Below, in pieces: positions 35,001 to 43,013 of a stretch of 43,013 nucleotides of DNA. The stretch spans positions 1-43,013 of the forward strand of contig JAUCBJ010001798.1 in NCBI GenBank assembly GCA_032718475.1. Reading direction: 5' to 3'. The position numbers and the translations under genes are program-made. The notes beneath the pieces were generated by a model, which worked only from the letters and a program-made list of their open reading frames with translations, had not been told where the DNA came from and searched no databases. Numbering within the stretch: position 1 is the stretch's first letter; the number at the start of each line of letters is the position of its first letter. The DNA is from Nemertoderma westbladi (taxonomy: Eukaryota; Animalia; Xenacoelomorpha).

Positions 35001-35201
35001 AGGGTGTAAACGCTACGCCGACAGCCGACAACAGCAAACATGAAAATGTAACCTGAGTTCGTGACTCTCGTTTATTGTTTTGGTTAGAATAACCTTCTAC
35101 AGTAACCTTTTCCTTTCCCTAAATGAATAATTAACATTAATTAGCTTTAATAATGGTTGTAGGCGTTGGTTGTCGGTTGTCGACGTAGCGTTTACACCCC
35201 T
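35001..35201. mobile_element. ~200-bp MITE with ~31-bp TIRs, in a TAA/TTAA context (PIF/Harbinger- or Kolobok-like)
   Basis: gggtgtaaacgctacgccgacagccgacaac versus gttgtcggttgtcgacgtagcgtttacaccc; ttaa on both flanks. Confidence 0.75.
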
Positions 35202-36052
35202 TAAAAAACGAACGCAAAGCATTTTTTACCTACTGTATCAACATTTATCCTCCAAAACTATGTAAATAAAGTCCCCATTAAATTATTTCTCATTGTGCGC
35301 GGTTTTGTGTTATTGCCATTAATTTATGGGACCGCCTAGTACTACTGCTTCGGGGCTGCCTCTCCATTGTTATGATTTGACAATGGGTATTTATTCTAAT
35401 GATGTTGTTAATAATAGGATGAGAAAAATTTTAATGGGGGTGTTGACATGACATAGTATTATAGTGTGGCTATTCGAACGTACTGTAGGACCTGAACCAT
35501 GGCAGAACAATAGGACCGCAGCTCAATGTTTTCTTGCTTACTTATTGCGTCTGTCAGACCTACAATTTTTATCTGGGTTGAGGTGTCACTCCAATCGTTT
35601 CCATATTTAAATTGATCAATTTATTTAAATAATCAATATGACTTTAACCAACATATTGTATGATGTTTCAGGCTTCAAACTGAGTATGTAATTAATGCTC
35701 TCGTGGCCATACGTAATCAGTAATTAATTATGCGATGCGGCATACCTAATAAATCCTCCCTTTGTATATCCACAGGCAGTCCTCATATTTATTTATCACT
35801 TTTTTCACATGAAATCCCTCACAACTTTATGTCATGCATGACTGGGTCTCAGTATCTCTACAACCCTCACTCCCTAGGGACCTGTGTTTGCGAGAACAAA
35901 CACAAGTGGATTAAAACTTACCTTTCATTGTCTACCATGTAAATGTACAATGTACTTGAATGGATGATCTGATTAATATTTGTTTGTAATGGAATTATCT
36001 AAATAGTTTAACGCCTGAAAATCTAAAATATAGACTTACTTGGCCTAAATTC

Positions 36053-36297
36053 GGCCCATGTGACGAATACCACACTTTCTGCTGTTATATTTCACTTTTC
36101 AGTTTACCCCCATGTGAAGAATTCCAGGTTTTCACTAAAACCACAGGTTTCAGAAGGGCTGAATCTAACCAAAACAATTGTCGAATTAAAATATGTACAG
36201 AGATTATAAGACAGAAAAAAAAATCAAATTCTTCATATATAAAATTCCAATAAAATGTCAACCGAAAAGTGAAAACCTGGTATTCTTCACAAGGGCG
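36053..36297 (+). mobile_element. Third copy of the GCCCATGTGAAG-TIR MITE
   Basis: ggcccatgtgacgaatacc...ggtattcttcacaagggcg, collinear with 18101-18378; flanks taaattc / caaattc. Confidence 0.88.
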
Positions 36298-36937
36298 CAA
36301 ATTCAGCTTACGTAGACTAAATTCAGTCTTAAGTTTATTCAATCGCGATAAAGGTTTTTTTTTTGCAAATTAATGTTTTTCTATGTATAGAACAACAATT
36401 TTCTTTGTTGTTTCGATTAAATTATCAATAAATTTGATTGTGTGCTTAATACAATATTGGATAGAAGAGCCAGTATTTTATTGATTACATAAAGGCCAGT
36501 CTAAATTCATTTATCCCTTTGAGATCCCGGTAGTAATTATAGTATAGTAATTACAGATTATTCATTGGATATGACGACGCTGGGGCTACTAAGCAAGACT
36601 CAAGCAACAACTAAGTTATTGTTGATCTTCCTTTGATCTCCTATTCATTCCAACCAATAGTACAATATCCAAGTGAAAGTTCACTTGGTAGGCACTAAGT
36701 GTTTCAGTTCGGAATACTAATATGTCGACTTCGTTAAACACTGCTCCCCATAAACATTATAATGATAAGTAATATATATATATTGAATTACAATAACAAA
36801 TTCAATGAGGATATTTTATTATAGTAACTTACCAAGTGTAATAAAAATGGGTATAAATGTACTACGGTATTTTTAAAAATGGCGAATACTTGAATTTTCA
36901 CGTTATCAATTTTATTTTCGTTAAACGACCCTACGCT

Positions 36938-38570
36938 GACACCACTCCGCCGACACCATGTAGACAATGTGTCGCCACTTGTCAGACATTGCCGATACAA
37001 TGTAGACGCCGTCCCGATAATGTGCAAACGACACATCGTGCTTTCGTGTGTCAGAGTGCAGTCGGACAATGTGGGCACTGTGTCGGAGTGGTGTCTGCAC
37101 AATGTGGGCACTGTGTCGGAGTGGTGTCGGCACAATGTGGGTACTGAATCGGAGTGGTGTCGGTACAATGTGGTCACTGTGTCGGAGTGGTGTCGGTATA
37201 ATGTGGGCACTGTGTCGGAGTGGTGTCGGCACAATGTGGTCACTGTGTCAGAGTGCAGTCGGTACAATGTGGGCACTGTGTCGGAGTGGTGTCGGTACAA
37301 TGTGGTCACTGTGTCGTTGTGGTGTCGGTACAATCTGGTCACTGTGTCGGAGTGGTGTCGGTACAATGTGGGCACTGTATCGGAGTGGTGTCGGTACAAT
37401 GTGGTCACTGTGTCGGAGTGGTGTCGGTACAATGTGGTCACTGTGTCTGAATGATGTCGGTACAAAGTGGTCACTATGTCGGAGTGGTGTCGGTAAAATG
37501 TGCGCACTGTGACGGAATGGTGTCGGTACAATGTGGTCACTGTGTCGGAGTGGTGTCGGTACAATGCGGGCACTGTGTCGGAGTGGTGTCTGCACAATGT
37601 GGGCACTGTGTCGGAGTGGTGTCGGCACAATGTGGGCACTGTGTCGGAGTGGTGTCTGTACAATGTGGTCACTGTGTCAGAGTGCAGTCGGTACAATGTG
37701 GGCACTGTGTCGGAGTGGTGTCGGTACAATGTGGTCACTGTGTCGTAGTGGTGTCGGTACAATGTGGTCACTGTGTCGGAGTGGTGTCGGTACAATGTGG
37801 TCTCTGTGTCGGAGTGGTCTCGGTACAATGTGGGCACTGTGTCGGAGTGGTGTCGGTATAAAGTGGGCACTGTGTCGGAGTGGTGTCGGTGCAATGTGGG
37901 CACTGTGTCGGAGTGGTGTCGGTACAATGTGGCCTCTGTGTCGGAGTGGTGTCGGTATAATGTGGGCACTGTGTCGGAGTGGTGTCGGTACAATGTGGTC
38001 ACTGTGTCAGAGTGCAGTCGGTACAATGTGGGCACTGTGTCGGAGTGGTGTCGGTACAATGTGGTCACTGTGTCGTTGTGGTGTCGGTACAATCTGGTCA
38101 CTGTGTCGGAGTGGTGTCGGTACAATGTGGGCACTGTGTCGGAGTGGTGTCGGTAAAATGTGGTCACTGCGTCGTAGTGGTGTCGGTACAATGTGGTCAC
38201 TGTGTCGGAGTGGTGTCGGTACAATGTGGTCACTGTGTCGGAGTGGTCTCGGTACAATGTGGGCACTGTGTCGGAGTGGTGCCGGTATAATGTGGGCACT
38301 GTGTTGGAGTGGTGTCGGTGCAATGTGGGCACTGTGTCGGAGTGGTGTCGGTACAATGTGGTCTCTGTGTCGGAGTGGTGTCGGTACAATTCGGTCACTG
38401 TGTCGGAGTGGTGTCGGTAAAATGTCGTCACTGTGTCGGAGTGGTGTCGGTACAATGTGGTCACTGTGTCGGAGTGGTATCGGTACAATGTGGTCACTGT
38501 GTCGGAGTGGTATCGGTACAATGTGGTCGCTGTGTCGGAGTGGTATCGGTACAATGTGGTCACTGCGTCG
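36938..38570. repeat. 33-bp minisatellite built from three 11-bp subunits, with a degenerate, partly inverted left end
   Basis: gtgtcggtaca-atgtggtcact-gtgtcggagtg; gacaccactccg at ~36938 is the reverse complement of the unit. Confidence 0.95.
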
Positions 38571-38681
38571 TATTGTCACGGTTTTCGCGTCAACCTCATC
38601 AATGAAATTATGTTATTATTTCAATAAATATTAAATAATTGAAAAATCGAGAAATGCTAAATCATCACTCATGAAAAATAA

Positions 38682-39188
38682 AATCTCACTCATATGCTTC
38701 CCTATCACATAGATTTCCCCAATCTCACTCATATGCTTCCCTATCACATAGATTTCCCCAATCTCACTCATATGCTTCCCTATCACATAGATTTCCCCAA
38801 TCTCACTCATATGCTTCCCTATCACATAGATTTCCCCAATCTCACTCATATGCTTCCCTATCACATAGATTTCCCCAATCTCACTCATATGCTTCCCTAT
38901 CACATAGATTTCCCCAATCTCACTCATATGCTTCCCTATCACATAGATTTCCCCAATCTCACTCATATGCTTCCCTATCACATAGATTTCCCCAATCTCA
39001 CTCATATGCTTCCCTATCACATAGATTTCCCCAATCTCACTCATATGCTTCCCTATCACATAGATTTCCCCAATCTCACTCATATGCTTCCCTATCACAT
39101 AGATTTCCCCAATCTCACTCATATGCTTCCCTATCACATAGATTTCCCCAATCTCACTCATATGCTTCCCTATCACATAGATTTCCCC
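38682..39188. repeat. 39-bp minisatellite, 13 apparently identical units
   Basis: aatctcactcatatgcttccctatcacatagatttcccc; 507 bp = 13 x 39. Confidence 0.98.
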
Positions 39189-39556
39189 TAACTAGTATAG
39201 TTATAACTGTTTACATACCGGTTCTTGTGGTTTAAAAGTAACAGTCCTGAAACGAAAGTTTGGTACACGTACGACCGTGTCACCTGTACAATGACGTCGT
39301 CTGCTGGAAGTTGTGATAGTTCATATTGTATGGTATGTTAAATATATGGTTGGTTATATCAATATCTTTGTAGTACTTCTCTGGTGTTAGTTAGATCTGA
39401 GGTACTTTTGGAACAATACAATACATATTAATTATGTTCTGTATATTAATATACGGAACTGAGAAATCTAACGCTGAATCACACCGCACCGCCCCCTTCT
39501 TCAAGAAAACCTTGGCTCACCCAGATTCCATAGTTACCTTGACCCGGTCGCAGACC

Positions 39557-40707
39557 CCACGACCTTGTCTTGGGACAACCACAACCGTGTCTAGGAACAA
39601 CCACGACCGTGTCTCGGAACAACCAAGACCGTGTCTCGGAACAACCACGACCGTATCTAGGAACAACCATCACCACCGTGTCTCGGAACTACCATGACCG
39701 TGTCTCGGAACAACCAAGACCGTGTCTCGGAACAACCACGACCGTGTCTCTGAACAACCACGACCGTGTCTCGGAACAACCATGCCCGTGTCTCGGAACA
39801 ACCAAGACCGTGTCTCGGAACAACCACGACCGTGTAACCACGACCGTGTCTCGGAACAACCACGACCGTGTCTCGGAACAACCACGACCGTGTCTCGGAA
39901 CAACCACGACCGTGTCTCGGAACAACCACGACCTTGTCTCTGAACAACCACGACCGTGTCTCTGAACAACCACGGCCGTGTCCCGGAACAACCACAACCG
40001 TGTCTCTGAACAACCACGACCGTGTCTCTGAACAACCACGGCCGTGTCTCGGAACAACATGACCGTGTCTCGGAACAACCACGACCGTGTCTCGGAACAA
40101 CCACGACCGTGTCTCGGAACTACCATGAACGTGTCTCGGAACAACCACGACCGTGTCTCGGAACAACCACGACCGTGTCTCGGAACAACCACGACCGTGT
40201 CTCGGAACAACCACGACCGTGTCTCGGAACAACCACGACCGTGTCTCGGAACTACCACGGCCGTGTCTCGGACCAACCACGACCGTGTCTCGGAACAACC
40301 ACGACCGTGTCTCGGAACTACCATGACCGTGTCTCGGAACTTCCATGATCGTGTCTCGGAACAACCACGACCGTGTCTCGGAACAACCACGACCGTGTCT
40401 CGGAACTACCACGACCGTGTCTCGGAACTACCATGACCGTGTCTCGAAACAACCACGACCGTGTCTCGGAACAACCACGACCGTGTCTCGGAACAACCAC
40501 GACCGTGTCTCGGAACAACCACGACCTTGTCTCGGAACAACCATGACCGTGTCTCGGAACAACCACGACCGTGTCTCGGAACAACCACGACCGTGTCTCG
40601 GAACAACCACGACCGTGTCTCAGAACACCACGACCGTGTCTCGGAACAACCAAGACGGTGTCTCGGAACAACCACGACCGTGTCTCAGAACAACCACGAC
40701 CGTGTCT
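39557..40707. repeat. 22-bp minisatellite, about 52 units
   Basis: gaccgtgtctcggaacaaccac with scattered variants. Confidence 0.97.
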
Positions 40708-41184
40708 TGAAAGTGATGAACACCATAACTTGACGATGTTAATTACCTCAGAGTTTGTTGCTAGTGTGCTGCTGAAGTAAATTCCTTATCTCATCGCGTA
40801 ATGAACGGTTTTATTTAACGGACCGCCTGACTTTCATTACCAGTGGCCGGTAAATCTGCGACCAAATTCTGCTTCCTAATTTCCGTGTTCTAGTCCAAAA
40901 ATTTGCAATTATTCGCCGCGCATGATTTCCGCCCGTTAATGTGGTAATTTAATGTAATTACCCACCGGTGTATATTCTGTATTATTTGATCTATACTGCG
41001 AAAAGTAACTGCTATATTCCCAACTTCCTTCGTCCGGCATAATTTGTTAAATCACATTGAGTTAATGGACGTGGGTGATACTGCGTATGCGAATAGCACG
41101 TACCGATACAGTATATGTATTATTATATGTAAAAAACGTATTTCCAGAAATATTGCTTCTCAAAAGAAACATTGTCTCTCAGTA

Positions 41185-41585
41185 GTGGCGTGGCGTGGCG
41201 TGGCGTGGCGTGGCGTGGCGTGGCGTGGCGTGGCGTGGCGTGGCGTGGCGTGGCGTGGCGTGGCGTGGCGTGGCGTGGCGTGGCGTGGCGTGGCGTGGCG
41301 TGGCGTGGCGTGGCGTGGCGTGGCGTGGCGTGGCGTGGCGTGGCGTGGCGTGGCGTGGCGTGGCGTGGCGTGGCGTGGCGTGGCGTGGCGTGGCGTGGCG
41401 TGCGTGGCGTGGCGTGGCGTGGCGTGGCGTGGCGTGGCGTGGCGTGGCGTGGCGTGGCGTGGCGTGGCGTGGCGTGGCGTGGCGTGGCGTGGCGTGGCGT
41501 GGCGTGGCGTGGCGTGGCGTGGCGTGGCGTGGCGTGGCGTGGCGTGGCGTGGCGTGGCGTGGCGTGGCGTGGCGTGGCGTGGCGT
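41185..41585. repeat. Second (TGGCG)n array, about 80 units
   Basis: Direct reading; a single 1-nt deletion near 41401. Confidence 0.98.
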
Positions 41586-41833
41586 TATTTATTATCCGAC
41601 ATTAATTAATCCTGCTGCGACATACCAGCCAAACATTCCTCCTGCAGCTCCCTTAATTTCAACCGTCTAAATTACTTTACTAAACTTAATCTTACTTGAT
41701 GGAAGACAGAGGCGTGGGGGGGGGGGTTTGTTTCATGGTAAATTTTCGGACTGAAGCCCCAGGACCCGTCATATATTATTATATTTTTAATTGTTTATCT
41801 TTCTTTTCAGGTAAATAAATATTCGGTGCTTGA

Positions 41834-41950
<117 letters not shown>

Positions 41951-43013
41951 TAATCTCCGCCAGTTAAGGAAACGGAAATCCCATCTCGGCGAACTAATAT
42001 CTTTTATCTGCGAATTAATTTTATCGTCTCGATGAATTAACAACGTTAATTATCAATTAAGGGAAAGGTGCAAGTTGCAGATGTTAATCTAACCAAAATA
42101 ATAAAAAAAACTAAAGAAAAAATAACTATATTGTAACTCAGGATACAGTACTGTAATAATAAAAGGCCTAATACTTGCGTCACCTTTCTTCGGGGAGGGG
42201 TGAATTTTGAATGTGTCGAGAGTGTACCCCCCATCCCCTATGGTAGTAACGGTTATGTGGTACCATATTTATTATTTTTTTAAATTGAAGTTTTCGGCGC
42301 TCCCTGATAAATGAGTTTTGTATCAATTTCCCAGTATACCAGACATGCCTTCCCTGAGTGCTATATTTATCCAACCTAGGAGGAATATACTGTATGGCTA
42401 TACTAGGAGTATCATATTACCTTTGGTGTATATTATTCAGTACTCTAGTAGTAGGAGCAACAGGAAGCCGTGAGCGGCAGCATTGATCACTATCAGTGAA
42501 CTGTGCAATGGACTCTGTTTGAATCAATGAGTATGAATGTTTGCTCCATGCCAGTGAGGGTCCGTACGCATCGTTTAATAAGGAAGCGACCACTTCCTGC
42601 CACGGGTAGTAAAATATTTACGGATTCATTTCGATGCGACTTTATGCATGAGGATGGGGGGGCGGGGGGGGGGGGGGGGGCGGTGTAGGGACTCGGGATG
42701 GAGTTTGGGATGCATCCTGGCACCCAATCCCCCATCGCTGCACACTGCTCGTCTGTACATAGCCCAACCAACTAACCTCCTACCAACTCGATTGTTAAAA
42801 AGAAATGTATTCATTAAATGGAGGAACTGTAGTTAGTGATCTTCGCTCGTGCTCTACTCAAATTAATTAAATGACTTCGTGTTTATTATGAATTCCATAT
42901 GTTGAAATTCAACATTTTATTTTGTAATCGCCTTTAGTAGCAGAAGATTGCGGGGCAGCTGACATTCCAGAATGTGCCACAAAAGATCCCGTGACGTGTC
43001 AGATATATGAATG

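Noticed and set aside
36788-40780. Many long repetitive ORFs (e.g. the 591-aa RHHSDTVTTLY repeat)
   Set aside because: They are translations of the 33-, 39- and 22-bp minisatellites and are open in several frames on both strands.
42655-42720. G-run tract able to form a G-quadruplex in the Elk intron
   Set aside because: A simple poly-G tract like others in the window (11636, 41716); nothing specific supports a function.

Overview
This is a repeat-dense animal (invertebrate-like) genomic window, not prokaryotic, and nearly all long ORFs in the track are artefacts of tandem repeats. The one confidently identified host gene piece is the 76-nt first coding exon of an Elk/Kv12 (KCNH3/4/8-like) potassium channel at 41861-41936 (+), [27 protein letters not shown] second, unidentified and probably decayed spliced coding region lies on the - strand at about 12.0-12.9 kb. 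The rest consists of at least five loci of one RTE-clade LINE family, a fragment of a second RTE family, a CR1 fragment, a full-length but pseudogenised Chapaev3-type DNA transposon, several MITEs (including a 1-kb foldback with a 6-bp TSD), a tRNA-derived SINE head and many unrelated satellites (68, 36, 28, 32, 33, 39, 22 and 5 bp units). The most striking unannotated signal is a ~110-bp insert at 5462-5568, inside an RTE endonuclease remnant. It contains a canonical type I hammerhead ribozyme (5488-5533) placed between a tRNA-type Pol III A box and B box, where the anticodon and variable arms would be, followed by a T6 terminator. It is a candidate tRNA-SINE/retrozyme hybrid. All calls were made by eye; no searches or folding computations were run, and boundaries of decayed elements are approximate.
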